In this document: piece by piece, positions 22,761 through 35,977 of the stretch
Numbering within the stretch: the first letter of the stretch is position 1
How the letters are laid out: each line of letters starts with the position of its first letter
Assembly: GCA_028534125.1 (NCBI GenBank)
Contig: CM052816.1
Span: 59,274,001 to 59,338,000, forward strand
Length of the DNA stretch: 64,000 nucleotides
Origin: Lama glama
Lineage: Eukaryota
Direction: 5' to 3'
Notes under the pieces: generated by a model
What the model saw: only the letters and a program-made list of their open reading frames with translations
The model's database searches: none
What the model was told of the DNA's origin: nothing
Translations under genes and position numbers: made by a program

Positions 22761-23472
22761 TGCCTTGGGAACGGTCAAGCAGATGCTGGAGAACTATTTA
22801 GTGTGCATTTTCATCTGGGACACCTAGCACTGGACTGTGTAGAAAGTACATGCAAGGAGGGAATTAAAGCAAGAGAGAGCAGAAGCTCTTCTGCAGTTTC
22901 TCTGTTTCCTCCTCTTCCTCCTCCTTGTTCTGGTGGAGCAACGGAGTGTTGAGGAATATTTGAGATCTTCTGGCTTAACTCTACACACTTGAGAAAACTG
23001 AGCTTCAGGAAGACTTAACCACACTCCCAGAGTCACAGAGCTAATTTCAGCAGAATTGCATCAATTATTGGGCATAAGTTCTAAAGTCTGATCAGCAGGC
23101 AGAAATCATGTGAAAATTACACAAACATCCCCTTAGGAGGGCTCCATGCCAGAGACTGACGGGAGATTTCTTGAAAAGTCCAGCACAAGTAGTTTTTCCT
23201 CCAGCACTAGAATAGACGCCTCTTTCATTTGTGCATTTCAGGACCCAGGTTCAATGAAAAACTTGTTTCTTTATATGTGAAAAACACACTTGGTAGAAGT
23301 AGATGCTCACTCTGTCAGAACACTTGGGAACCTCCAGCGGCCTCCTCCTCCTCCACAAAGGACTGATGGAAGGATGGAGCCTTAACATGGTCAGGAGGTA
23401 AAGGGGGTCCAGGAGTTCTGGATCTCCTGATATCCGAGGTTATACGTTCCTCCTTTGAAAGATGAAAGACCT

Positions 23473-24140
23473 AAATGTAACATGGTGCAGCTGATACTGA
23501 AAATAGTATGATAGTTCCTCAAAAAAAAATGAAAATAGAGTTATGGTATCATCTAGCAGTCCCACTTCTGGAAACATATCCAGAAGAACTGAAAACAGGA
23601 GCTGTTTGTACACTCATGTTCATAGCAGCAATGTTCACAATAACCAAGATAAAGAGGCAACCCAAATGTTCAGCCACTAGCGAATGGATAAATAATATGT
23701 GGTCTTTATATTATGTGGCTCTCCACATCCAGTGGAATAGCATTCAGCCCTAAAAAGGAAGGAAATTCTGACACGTGCTACAGTACGGATGAACCTTGAG
23801 AACATTATGCTAAGTGAAATAAGCCAGTCACAAAAAGACTAATGCTGAATGATTCCACTTACATGAGGTATCTAAGGTAGTCAACTTTATAGAAACAGAA
23901 AGTAGAATGGTGGTTACCAGGGACTGAGGGAGGAGAAAGTGCAGAGTTATTATTTAATGGGTGTAGAGTTTTAGTTTTGCAAGATAAAAACTTTCTGGAG
24001 ATCAGTTACCTAAAAAATGTAAATATACTTAACATTACTGAACCATATGCTTAAAAATGATTAAGATAGTAAACTTTGTTAATGTGTTTTTTTTTACCAC
24101 AATTAAAAATTATAGGAAAATAAAACAAATTTAATTTTTA
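23473..24140 (+). mobile_element. L1 3' end (L1MA10/L1MB-like) with ORF2 C-terminal remnant
   Basis: ORF 23508-23753 (CTLMFIAAMFTITK..QPKC...EWINNMW) is the L1 ORF2 C-terminus; 3' UTR and A-rich tail follow; TSD aaagatgaaagacct (23458-23472) / aaagatgggagacct (24141-24155). Confidence 0.93.
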
Positions 24141-24599
24141 AAAGATGGGAGACCTGACAGTGATAAAACAAACAAACAATAACAACCCCAAAACCACCAG
24201 TCTTAACTTTCTACGATCAACTTCCCTTTCATTTTTCTGGGGAATATCAGTATATAAAGGGTTCCTGAGAGTGTCTGCCCCGAAAGGTGATGAGTCTTAT
24301 TTAGTCAGCTTATTTTGAAAGCCAGCCAGCATAGAAGAATTACAACAGTATAGCTACAAATGCTCTGTTATGCTTCCCTCAAAAAAAAAAAAAAAGAATG
24401 AATGAATGACTAAACAAGTAAAAGGTGATTTAAAGCACTCTGGCCTGTTTCCAAGAGCAAGCTTGAGGAGCTGCATTAAAAAGCCCACCCTGAGTTGTAC
24501 TCCACACCTACACACTCCTCTGCTCCTGCTGGGGGCTGCCTGGGAAGCCTGGGAAACTTGGTATGTGAACGGACAACCATTCTTGTTTGCTTTCAGTGG

Positions 24600-24833
24600 A
24601 GCTCCAACTTCATCCTCTGTAGGGCACCTGCCTGGCTCCTCTCGGACTGCCTTAGACTCTGCTATATGCACCTGTATCTCTCTGTGGATACAGGTATCTC
24701 AGCGTTATCCATTCTGCATTATGAGAACGTGGCACACATCTCTCACCTACAAGTCTGTGAGTTCCTTAAGGGTAAACGGTTTTTGACCACCAGCAGTATT
24801 CCAAGAGTAAGTTGTTGCTTAACTAAATGAATA
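24600..24833 (+). mobile_element. L2 3' end
   Basis: 'tctctcacctacaagtctgtgagttccttaagggtaa...agtaagttgttgcttaactaaatgaat'. Confidence 0.55.
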
Positions 24834-25219
24834 TCAAACAATGATGGCGTCAGTGATAGTTTTTGTGTTCTCAGGCCTTGAAGATTTCCTTTTTGGATAA
24901 TTACCCGTGTGCATGAAATAATTCAGATCATCTTCTGGCTCCAGTGTTCCATTCATCCTCAGAATTTCTTTGAGATCCACCTTTAGCTTCCATGAATTGC
25001 CTTGTTTCTCCACTCAGTCCCCTTCCTAACTGTGTGTGTGTAGTTTCTGTTTGATTCGTTTGGGTTATACAAGTCTGGATTATACAAGTTATATATTGTC
25101 ATGTGTGGGTGTCCCTGTGCCTCCATTGTCTCCTGAGCTTCTCAAGGACAAAGTAGCCAACACATTGTTTGCCTCTTCCCAAAGCATCACACACCAAGCT
25201 GTTACTAGTTAAGAAGAGC

Positions 25220-26480
25220 CCAGCATCTCAAAGTGCTTGACTGACACCTCCACCTCCTTATTCTCCCAGGACCTCAAAAGGTGAACTCATCATCCTTTTG
25301 CCATCAACTTGCTCGTTTTTCTGAATTCTTTGCAGGGTGGTTGTTGATACTGTTTTTTGTGTTTTGGAATGAAGGTGCTTTTCTTAATGGCCTCAAACAT
25401 GCTCCCACTCCTAGCCTTGAAACCTTACTGTGATCTTTGACCTGTATTTCTTCATGCTGGCCCCATTTTATCCTTCCAACCCCCATCAAAATTTTAGGCA
25501 CTGGCTCCTGTTGATTATATTGCACAACTTTTCATGCCCATTGACATCACCCTGCAGCAACTGACACCCAGACCAGCAATTTTAAGTGCCAATTTCCATC
25601 TGTTGGAGTAGCTGTCTAGATAGAGTTTTGAAAAGCTTTTGATGCCTTGTCTGAGGTATCAGCAGGGGAGGATTTTTTTTGTTTATTGAAGTACAGTCAG
25701 TTACAATGTGTCAATTTCTGATGTACAGCGCAATGCCCCAGTCGTGCATATACATACATACATTCATTTTTATATTCTTTTTCATTAAAGATTATTACAA
25801 GATATTGAATACAGTTCCCTGTGCTCTACAGAAGAAACTTTTTTTTAAATCCATTTTTATATATAGAGGCTAACATTTGCAAATCTCAAACTTTCAAATT
25901 TATCCTTTCCCATCCCATTTACCTGGTAACCATAAAATTGTTTACTATGTCTTTAAGTCTGTTTCTGTTTTGTAGATAAGTTCATTAGTGTCCTCTTTTT
26001 TGCTTTTGTTTAGATTCCACATATGAGTGATATCATATAGTATTTTTCTTTCTCTTCTGGCTTACTTCACTTAGAATGATGATCTCTAGGTCCATCCATG
26101 TTGCTGGAAATGGCATTATTTGATTCTTTTTTATGGCTGAGTAGTATTCCATTGTATAAATATACCACAACTTCTTTATCCAGTCATCTGTTGATGGACA
26201 TTTAGGTTGTTTCCATGTCTTGGCTGTTGTAGGAGAGGATATTTTAATCAATTAAAGATGTCTGTCCTGAGTATAACTGAGAGGAAAGTGGTCCAGATGC
26301 TATGATTACTGATCAAAGTAAGTGTGATAGTCTTCTTTTTCCCCTGACTCCTCATCCAATGCATCCTACACACTGAGTCAAAGTTGACCCTTTTAATTGG
26401 CACTATGACTTCTTGCCTTCCAGAAAAATGAGTGATACCCCATTGCCTAAACCAGCCTATGTATCTGTCAAGCTTCACAT
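25220..26480 (+). mobile_element. Degenerate L2 fragments flanking the L1 at 25673-26230
   Basis: 'tgcttgactgacacctccacct...gtgaactcatcatcc', 'aaaccttactgtgatctttgacc', 'tccaatgcatcctacacactgagtcaaagttgacccttttaa'. Confidence 0.55.
25673..26230 (-). mobile_element. Young camelid L1, 5'-truncated (ORF2 C-terminus + 3' UTR)
   Basis: ORF 26033-26251 TAKTWKQPKCPSTDDWIKKLWYIYTMEYYSAIKKN..WMDLEIIILSEVSQ is L1 ORF2; T-rich tail at the left; TSD aggggaggatttttt/aggagaggatatttt (13/15). Confidence 0.95.
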
Positions 26481-27074
26481 TTCCTAGCCACTCACGGGAA
26501 GAGTCTCCAGTGCCCTCCCCCTGTAGACTCATTCATGTCTGGGCCTGGAGTTAATCTTGTCTGCACACACACCTGGTATCCTCTCTGCCAGGCGTGTGCC
26601 CTGGTTGCCAATTTAGCCCTGAGGGCACGCCACTTCTTATCTTGTTTTACTTCCCTTTCCCCCACATCCTCAGACATCCTGACCCATGGGTGGGTCTGAG
26701 CTGCTGCTGCTACCGGGTACCTGGCTGTTCTGAGATTTCAGTTTTGAACATAACTTGCTTATTTGGGCTCCCAGGAATTTAAGACTTGCTAGGTTCCTTC
26801 CTCCTGACCCAGGTTGAGCTCTGGCCATGTATGAGCAGATTGCCCAAAATGACATGGGGGATTGTGGGTATCTTCTACTACTGGATCACACCCATCAAAT
26901 GCATCCCCTTCCTACTATAAGCACAGCCTAGTCCCCGCATGAGACTGCCGCACACCCTGGATACCTCATAGGACCACTCAGCCTAGTGCAGAGAAGCCAG
27001 TGAGTTCCCTCTTCCCCAGTCTCAGATGCGTCCCTTTTCCCTACAGACTCAGCCTGTCCAGCACTTGAGCAGAG

Positions 27075-27318
27075 TAATTATAAAGGCATCATTTACTGAG
27101 CACTTGCTGTGTTCCAGGCCCTTGAATAAGCATTGCCTCACCCTACCTTCATAAGGACCCTGGGAAGCAGGTATTCTTATTAGCCCATTTCACCCCGGGG
27201 TGGGGGATGGGGAAAATAGGGCTTGGAGAAATTAAACAACTTGCCTAAAGTACCCATAAAGTAAGAAGAGCTTAACAGCTGTCTGAATCTATAGCTTATG
27301 CTTTTAATCACTATGCTA
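27075..27318 (-). mobile_element. MIR SINE
   Basis: 'catttactgagcacttgctgtgttccaggc', 'gagaaattaaacaacttgcctaaagt', 'gcttttaatcactatgcta'. Confidence 0.85.
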
Positions 27319-27857
27319 GAGACTGCAGACCAACAGCCAGTGGGAAAATGTCGACCCTGGTTGTATTTGGCCACCAGAGTTGGGTTTTTTTTAATTTATT
27401 TTTCAATAATGGCCATTACTGTACTTAAAAAAAAATCATTCAGCCTAAAATAAAATCAGGAAACATCATGTAAAAATTCAGATGTATGACTTCTCTTTAC
27501 ACAATTAGAAGGCCAGCAACATAGCTTCTATGTCTTACAAGGCAAAAATCAAATAGAGCAGAGAAATGCCTGCCTCTTACGTGGAGTGTGAGCACACCAG
27601 TTTGCCTCTGCACGTTCCTTATTGCAGTCTTTCTAAGATACTACTATCCATCAGAACCATCTGGAGATTGCTGGGTCCCACCCCAGAGTTTCTGATTCAG
27701 TATCTCTGGGTAGGGCCTGAGAATTTGCCTTATTACAACCCAAGCATGAGTTGCCATTTCTCATCACATTTGTGCTGTTACTATTTTTACATTCAGCCCA
27801 CCCACCCACTTCTTTTACCTCCATGCTCCCTGTAGGCATTTGAGTTTGCAGCCCAGG
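27319..27857 (+). mobile_element. MER102/Charlie4-like hAT element
   Basis: 'aaatcaggaaacatcatgtaaaaattcagatgtatgacttctctt', 'agttgccatttctcatc', terminal 'ccctgtaggcatttgagtttgcagcccag'. Confidence 0.75.
27648..27735. mobile_element. MER5A-like fragment nested in the MER102-like element
   Basis: 'agattgctgggtcccaccccagagtttctgattcagtatctctgggtagggcctgagaatttgc'. Confidence 0.8.
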
Positions 27858-28359
27858 CACTATGTTATTCTAACACCAAGGAATTCAGGGCCCTCCCATC
27901 TGTTCCTAAATTACCACTGATCTCTGACATGAATCTTGAAGCTAATCTGGACTTCTTATTGCTCTGACTTCTTCTTTCAGCTCTTTTAAAAACATAATAC
28001 AATCTCTTTATTCAATTTCACAAAGGCAGTGGAAAACTTAATAAAAAAGTTCCAGAGCAGACATGTTGCATTAGCTTCTCTCCCTGAGCTGGAAGGAACC
28101 AGCAGAAAAGAGACATCTATATATATGAAAGATAGGAGCTGCTAACACAATCCTCTGACAGCTCAGATTTAAAAGCCATAGAATTCATGCAGAAGCAACC
28201 ACTTCATCTACTCTGTTCTTCCAGGAGCACTTGCTTTATAGCCTGAACAAGTGCTCTTCTGTGGTTATAGAAAGTCAATCTAACTATTTCAGGAGAAATC
28301 TATTCAGACAGTTATCCAGGAAACATACTGCATCAATTCAAAAAATGTTCATTAGGATT

Positions 28360-28620
28360 TTGCTGTGCCTGGAATAGCCTTGTATAATCTTCAGGACCCA
28401 TCTCAGATGCCACTTATTCAAAATACCCTTTCTGATTAGCCTGGACAGAAATGGTTCCTTCTTCCTTTTCCTCTTCTCTGTGACACTAATCCCATACTTC
28501 CCTGAAATGTAAAATAATGGTGCTGTCCTGTGTCTCCCCAAGAGATTATAAACTTGCTGAGAGCATAAAATGAGACCTACACAACGTTGCAGCCTGCATG
28601 ATGCCTGGTAGAATGTTTTG
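28360..28620 (+). mobile_element. L2 3' region
   Basis: 'atcttcaggacccatctcagatgccactt', 'tgtgtctccccaagagattataaacttgctgagagca'. Confidence 0.7.
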
Positions 28621-31112
28621 CCTTCATGTGACACTTCATTCAGACTTCTGGAGCGTTTAGATGAATACAGGGTCTCAAGCACTGTGTCCTAGAAAGGACA
28701 GAGAACAGAGCAGAGGTTCAGAGAGGTTTGGGGCCACCTGAAGTTTTGAGTTATTAATCGAGGGCCTGGCACCAAATCAGGCACTACTAAAAACAGCAGA
28801 AGTCATGAGCTCTACACCATAAAGCTTGCAAGACCGACACACATGACAAAAGTTGGGAACAGTGTACCATGTGAGTGCTAAACTATGTGGCAGTAACTGT
28901 AAGAGCGCTAAATAAAAGTTCAGAAAAGAGCATTATCAGAGTGAGCTAGAATAAATGGAGAAGACTGGATAGAGCAAACTGGATTTACCATACGCACCTG
29001 AGCCAGATATTTAAATAGAGGTGGGGTTCCAGTTTTCCACTGCCAAAGTCACCAAGATGCAATGTTATGTTACCTTCCAGATGCTTTATTATTTTACCTT
29101 GCACATTTAAACCTATAATCTATCTGGAATTGATTTTTGTGTATGGTAGAGGTCAAGGTTCATCTCCTTCTGTAATGATAGGTAATTGATCAAGGATCAT
29201 TTATTGAAAAAGTCTTCCTTCCCCCCACTACAATGCTGTGACATCTGGTTGCCGTGTGTGTATAAGGAAGGCTCTGTTCCTTCCTTAATTTATTTTTCAA
29301 TCCTTGTACCAGAAGCACACTGTTTTGTTTTGTTTTTGTTTTAATAACTGCAGGTTTGTAATACTTAGATATTTGGTAACTTACATCCTCTACTTTCCTC
29401 TTTTTCAATGTCTTTTCTTGCTCTTCTTGGCCCTCTGTTTTCCATTTTAAATTTTAGAATCCACTTGTTAATTTTGACCAAAAAAAAGGCTTTTGGGGTT
29501 TTTTATTGGGATTTTGTTAAATCTAAAGATTAATTTAGGAAAAATAAACAATTTTACAATATTCAGTAGTCCAATCCCAAAACTGGTTTATCTTTTCATT
29601 TACGCTGATCTTTTATTTCTTTAAATACTGTTTCGTAGTTTTCTCTGGTGATGTTTTACACATTTTTTATTTGATTTGTTCTTAGATATTTAAGGTTTTA
29701 AGCTATTTTAAGTTATATAATTTTAAAATTTCATCTCATAGGTGAATCTTGTTAAGAAACAGAAATATAATTGACTTTTGTATATTGATCTTGTATCTAG
29801 GAACCTTGCTTATTATTCACTTATTGCAAGGTTGTTCCATACAAAGACAATTCCTTTCACAAGTATAGGATTTTCTGTTTCTTCTCGTGTCCATTTTAAT
29901 AAGTCATGTTCCAATGAATTCATTTATCCTTCAAATTGTCTATATACAGCACGTCATTGTAAATAGTGATACTTTTATTTCTTCCTTTCTAATCCTTACA
30001 TCTCTTGAGTTTTCTTTTTCTTAGATTATTGCACTGGTTGTAACTTCAGGTACAAGACTGATTATAAGTAGTGAAAATGGTCATTTGGGCCTTATTCTTA
30101 ATCTTAGGAGGCTTTTAAAATAATTTTATCATTACATATGAAGTTTTATGTAGGTTTAAAAAATACATCCTTTATGGAAGTTAAGGAAGTCTCTTTTATT
30201 ATTGGTCTGCCAAAAAAAAAAAAGTTTAAAAAATCATGAATGCATATTAAATTCTATCAAATTCTTTTTTGCATCTGGCAAAATAATAATCACATGATTT
30301 TCTTCCTTTATTTTATTGATGTCGTTAATTTTATTGATTGATTTTCCTAATTTTTCTAAACTTAAATAAACCCATCTCATTAATGGATTCAATTTGCTAG
30401 TATTTTATTTAGGATTTTTGTTTTTGTGTTCATGAGAGAGATTGGCTCATGATTTTCGTTCCTTGTAGTGTCCTCCTAGAGTTTTGGCATGAGGGTTTGG
30501 TAGTCTTGTAAAGCAAGTTCTGAAGTGTCACTTATTTTTCTGTTCTTTGGAAATGTTTGTGTATGGTTGGTATTATTTCTTAGATATTTGGAAGAATTCA
30601 CTGGTGAAATCATGTGGGTCTAGAGTTCTCTTTCTGGAAAGATTTTTCAAATACAAAGACAATTACTTTAATAAGTATAAGGATTTTCCATTTCTTCTGG
30701 TGTCCATTGTAATAAGTTGTATTTTCCAATTTTCCATTTTATCTAAATTTTCAAATGTATTGGCAAATAGTTGTTTACAAACAATTGTTACGTCTTTGTT
30801 ACGATCTGTCATCATGTCCCCTACTTTATTCCTTTCATTGATGATTTGTGTTTTCTCTCCTTTTTTCCTTTCTCCTTATTGATCCATTTTATCAATATGT
30901 TTAAGGAACAAGCTCTTGGCTTTGTTGAATTTCTCTATTGTATGTTTATTTTCTGTATCATTAATTTTTATTCTTTATTACTGCCTTCTTTCTGTTTTCT
31001 TTGGGCTTAATTTGTTGTTCCTTTTCTAACTTCTTGAGATTATAAACTCAAATCTTTCTCATTTTCTAATATTTTAAAGATATAAATTTCCCTCTGAGCA
31101 CTATGTAAGCTG

Positions 31113-31803
31113 TTTGGTAGATTGCAAAAATGACCACAATTTTTTTCTATTTCTGTCTGCATGACTTATTATAATATAATTTTGCAGTTTTTTTCCATCA
31201 AAAAGTATCTCTGCCCTTGAGTCTAGATTTGGCCATGTGACTTACTTTAGTCAATGGATGTGAACAAATATAAAACAGATTTGGTGGGGGGAGGGCATAG
31301 CTCAGTGGTGAGGGCATGCTTAGCATGCACGAGGTCCTGAGTTCAATCCCTAGTACCTCTGTTAAAACTAATTAAATAAATAAATAAAACCTAATTACCA
31401 CCCCCCCCACCTCGCAAAACAAAACAAAACAAAAAAAACCCCAGAGATTTGGAAAACTTTTAAGCATTGGAGGTTGTCTTCTCTTGCTGTGCTTGAAAAT
31501 TTGAGAACACTCATGGATGAGAGTAAGCTAGCTTGCTGGAGGGTAAGAGGTCGCATGGAGAAGAACTAAGGCATCCTGGCTGGAAGCCTGCTAAATGCCA
31601 AATATGTGAGTAAGGCTCTTCTAGATCTTGCATCTTCCCCAACCTTTATCTGATCATAGACACAAGAGAGTTCAATATCAGCCATGCCAGAATAGAAGAA
31701 CCTCCCAGCTAACCCACAGAATCTTAATATAAGTAAGTGGTGGTTGTTTTCAAGCCAGTAAATTTTGGGATAATTTATTACACAGCAAACACTAGCTAAA
31801 ACA
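31113..31803 (+). mobile_element. MaLR solo LTR (MLT1G/H-like) containing a SINE
   Basis: Starts 'tttggtagattgcaaaaatgaccacaatt'; 'tggccatgtgacttactttagtcaatg'; ends 'tttattacacagcaaacactagctaaaaca'; flanks agctg/agctc. Confidence 0.85.
31286..31438 (+). mobile_element. tRNA-Ala-derived camelid SINE
   Basis: 'ggggggagggcatagctcagtggtgagggcatgcttagcatgcacgaggtcctgagttcaatccctagtacctc', 'aaacctaattacc' and a (CAAAA)n tail; 'agatttgg' on both sides. Confidence 0.93.
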
Positions 31804-32780
31804 AGCTCTAACCTGACCCAGGAGTACTGATAATGTTCCCATTATCATTTAGTTTAAAACTTTCTAATTTCCAGTGTGATTTCTTATTTAGATCAATGAA
31901 ATATTTAGCAGCTTATTACTTAATTTACAAACATTTAGTGTATTTTTGTAATTGGTTTCTAGCTTAACTCTGCTAAGGTCAAAGAATATTGTCTTTTTTT
32001 TTTTTTTCCCAGTCCTTTGCAGTTTGTTGAGACTTGCATTATGCCCTAGCAAGTAGTCAATTTTAATAAATATTGTGTATTGTATACTTGAAATTTACTA
32101 AGAGTAGATTGATCTTAAGTATAGGCTTAATCTGATCTGTGCTACTTTATAATTGCTGAAAATGGAAGTCTCCTATCCGTAACATTTAATATCTCTAAAA
32201 GAAAGTATTCATCTATTTCTTGTTAAGTTACTAAAAAAGCATTTTGTAAGCATGATCTGACTGGAGCAGAAGATGAATATAGGGAGTAGTGAGGAAAGCA
32301 TCTTTAAAATACAGTATGTGCCAATACATATTTGCAATGTTGACTCATAATCCTTCAGAATATGCTTGCCTTAAAGCAAATGAATGGAACTATCAGCTCA
32401 GCTGAAGCTTTTTGGATAACAAAACCCTTTCAAAGCCTTTGTTTCTTAAAGTTTTTCAATTACTGTACCCAACTCTATAATGTCAAATCCCAGTTACCTT
32501 GAGGCAGATGTCAGCCATGGTTATCAACAGCAAGAAGTGAATTTGGGATGCTTTATTATTCATGAGAGCCTTATGAAACTCCTTTGGTTGAGTTTTCATT
32601 TGTCACATTTCTTTAAACCTCTAGCAGTAGATGCTATTCATGACTATTAACTATCTGGCAGTTTACTTATTTTTATATAATCATTCACAATTCTAATGCT
32701 ATAAACTTTTTTTTTACTTATTCATTGGGCGCAATAACATGGGCCTTTTATGTATTTGTAAAGCTTTTAGCAAGTCATTT

Positions 32781-33337
32781 ATTTTATTTTTTACTGACGT
32801 ATAGTCAGTTTACAATGTGTCAATTTCTGGTGTACAGCGCAATACTTCAGTCATACATGTACATACATATATTCCATTTCATACTCTTTTCATTATAGAT
32901 TACTACAAGATATTGGATATACTTCCCTGTGCTATACAGGAGAAACTTGTTGTTTATCTATTTTATATGTAGTAGTTAGTATCTGCAAATTTCAAACTCC
33001 CAATTTATCCCTTCTCACTCCCTTTACCCCTGCTAACCATAAGTTTGTTCTCTGTGAATCTGTTTCTGTTTTGTAAATAAGTTCATTTCTGTCTTTTTTT
33101 TTTCAGATTCCACATGTAAGCAATATCATATGGTATTTTTCTTTCTCTATCTGACTTATTTCACTTAGAATGGCAATCTTCGGGTCCATCCATGTTGCTG
33201 CAATGGCGTTATTTGACTCTTTTATGGCTGAGTAGTATTCCATTGTAAATATGTATACATCACAACTTCCAATCATCTATTGATGAACATGTAGGTTGCT
33301 CCCATATCTTGAATATTGTAAATAGTGCTGCTATGAA
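32781..33337 (-). mobile_element. Young camelid L1 3' end, 5'-truncated
   Basis: Colinear with 25673-26230; TSD ttagcaagtcattt (32767-32780) / ttatcaggtcattt (33338-33351). Confidence 0.95.
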
Positions 33338-33424
33338 TTATCAGGTCATTTAAAGTACACACAAAAGTCTGCAGAATAATGTTTCAAATTTATAAAATTT
33401 TATGATTCTACTTCAATGCATTTA

Positions 33425-33625
33425 TAATAAGGAAATAATCATACGTGCATGAAAATATACACATAGGAATATATTTTAGCTCTTTTTATAGTAGCAAAAT
33501 ATTGGCAACAAAATTAAACAAATGAAGTAAAACATCCAGCAGCAGGGTGTTGTATTTTAAAAGTGTCCCATCCATGGGACTGAATGATATGCCACCAGTT
33601 AAAAATTATATTTTCGAGGACTATT
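33425..33625 (+). mobile_element. Old L1 (L1ME-like) 3' fragment
   Basis: 'taaggaaataatca', 'tttatagtagcaaaatattggcaacaa', 'catccatgggactgaatgatatgccaccagttaaaaattat'. Confidence 0.55.
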
Positions 33626-35779
33626 GGAGTGGCATAGCAATTTGTAAAGAAAAAAAATAAATTATTTTTAAAAAGCCACCTGGTGTTTGAACTGTTGGTC
33701 GAGGAGCAGGGTAGGATTCCTTTTAGAGTGAGACTTCACTGTTGGTTTAGAAAAGCATTTGAAAGGGCTTGTTTCACTATGAAAGTCATGGCCTTCCCCG
33801 GACAGAACCTGGATAGAAAACATTTACACAAGAAAGTGTTCTATCCCACTGCTTTATAAAGCAAAGGAGTGTGGGAGTGGGCCTCTGGCAGCTCCCACAG
33901 CCGTAGGAGGGGGTTTAGATGAACACAGCAAGAGTGGATGTCCAGGGAGAGTCAGCTACAGGGGAGCAGGTGGGACCCAGGGAAGACGTTCAGCATAAGC
34001 TTCCCCGCCATGGGGGTGGCCAAGGAACTTCAGGACACAAATGTCTAATATTAAGTTTTATGTTGTTTTCTACGCTGAACTAGGAACCACACGCAGTTTG
34101 TTCAGCTCTTAACCTAAGCATCACCAACTACAATTAAAAGAATACAGTTCTGATGTTAACTGTCACTCTCTCTTAACCATGGAATTGGTGAGAAACCCAA
34201 GTGAGTTGTGGCTTTAGAAGCTGTCTCAACCCTTGTCTGACCTGCATCCTGTCCTTCTTTTCTTCTCAATATTCAATCCTCTTCTTTCCTGTCCCATTTT
34301 GATTCTTTCTGGCCACTTGGAATTTCCTTGTTCTGAGGGGTCAGTGCTAGTTACAGAGAACTGTCTTTCCATCCTCAATTGTTCAAGCTCCACAAAATGT
34401 AGTATTTTACCTGTGTATGGAATCTCCTCTTGCTCGTTTCTCCTACTGTGTTCATTCTCCACCCAAGAGGGATAATATCTTGTGCTCTGACTTTTGGTTT
34501 GGGACGCGGAGACCTGCCTCCAAGTGAAATCTATGTGGAAAGTCTCGTTCAGGAGTTACAGACTCTCTACTTCCAGTGCAGCACAATCAAATTTTCCCCT
34601 GGTTACCACCCTTCATGGAGGTCTTGTGAGCACAGGGCACATCGTAATTCAAAATGATTCTTGACTTAGCTATAAAAATCTAGTCTTACTGCTCTCATTT
34701 CCTTCCCTACTTGGCCTCCTCTGCGGCTGGTTGTATGTATGCGGTAGTTATTCCTGGCTGTTGCCATTGCTCTGAAAACTTTCAGCTGCTGCCTAGGTCT
34801 GAGAGAGGATGCTGGGAAGTGGCAATGATAAAGGTCTGGAGATAGATGCAAGGAGAGGCATGAAGAAGAAATGTGACGTATTTTTTCATTTTCCTTTGTT
34901 GTCAGATATTACAGTCACCCCACTCCACCACCACTTTGTTTCCAAACAAGAATGTTTTATTTAACCTACTACACTGATGATGTCCTTGCAAAATGAATCC
35001 TTTGGAATGGAAGATGAAGTTCAATACATTACATCACCTCGGTATCAAATCCCACCATGGTCTCGCTGTGGGGATTTCACTTATTTCTCAGTTTTTCTTG
35101 TCTGTTTTTGTTTTTGTTTTTGCTGGATTCTGCTTTATTTCTTTTAATGATTCGATCATTCACTTCCTGATTACAATTCTGCACGTTGCCCTTCTTTTCA
35201 GCTCCCTTTTCCTGAGATGTAGTTCAGACACATCCCCGAGTCCCTAAACAACAAACTGGACTAAGTATCCTGTAACTGGTAATTCACTTCAGGAAAATCA
35301 ATTGTTATATCAAGGACAATTCCCCTTAAGATCTTCATTTGAATGAGATCTAAATATTCGCTTCTCAGGACTTAACGGCATCGCCTTGATAGCTTTAGCA
35401 CGTTGCATCAGTTGGCAGAACTCTATACTTCAACCTGTTATTCCTTTGAGATTTTTAATAACAGAAGCTGTCACTATCAGCAAACAGGAGATTTGTACAT
35501 TATTCCTGTTTGGGAGGGAATCCACTGGTAGCTGGAATTTCATGTATCACATTAGGTTTCTACGTTTCAGATCTGTCTTTTCAGCTTACTGCTGCCTTTG
35601 GGTAGGTTATAACACATAGGAGGGTTTCAAATGCTTTATGGACTGTCGCTTGAATACACGCTAATGAAGAATTAGAGAGTACATTACATTATTGATAATT
35701 AATTTTCTTCAACTACTAAATAAGCATCTATTATGCAACAGACAGTGGGCTGGGTACTAGGGTTATTACTAGTATTACG

Positions 35780-35977
35780 TAGAACTAGCTACATAATTTG
35801 CAGAGCCCAGTGCAAAATGTAAATGCGGGGTTCCTTGTTCAAAAATTAATAAGAATTTAATAGTAATTGTTAAGAATTGAATGTTCTGACAGCAGAAACT
35901 TAAGCCAATTGTAGGGCCATTCTAAGCACTGGGCCCCACGTGGCTGCACAGATCACAAGCCCAGGAAGCAGGCCCTG
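35780..35977 (-). mobile_element. MER45A-like non-autonomous hAT-Tip100 element, complete
   Basis: 'gctacataatttgcagagcccagtgcaaaatgtaaatgcggggttccttgttcaaaaatt...gcccaggaagcaggccctg'; same termini as 8743-10253. Confidence 0.92.

Larger units (their letters stand above)
29075..32068 (-). mobile_element. Old L1 (L1M/L1ME-like) ORF2 region, ~2.3 kb, interrupted by an MLT1 LTR at 31113-31803
   Basis: T-rich reversed L1 ORF2 motifs ('atctatctggaattgatttttgtgtatggt', 'ttgacttttgtatattgatcttgtatc', 'tttggaagaattcactggtgaaatcatgtgggtct', 'tataaatttccctctgagcact'); ORF 29190-29408 contains YYKPAVIKT. Confidence 0.88.

Noticed and set aside
26033..26251. Protein-like ORFs at 26033-26251, 23508-23753, 29190-29408 and 43809-44015
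   Set aside because: L1 ORF2 remnants in truncated or decayed copies, not host genes.
27197..27221. G-quadruplex-type motif ggggtgggggatggggaaaataggg
   Set aside because: A single motif inside a decayed MIR; common in mammalian DNA.
34975..35040. C/D-box snoRNA candidate (TGATGA near 34976)
   Set aside because: No suitably placed D box (CTGA) or terminal stem.
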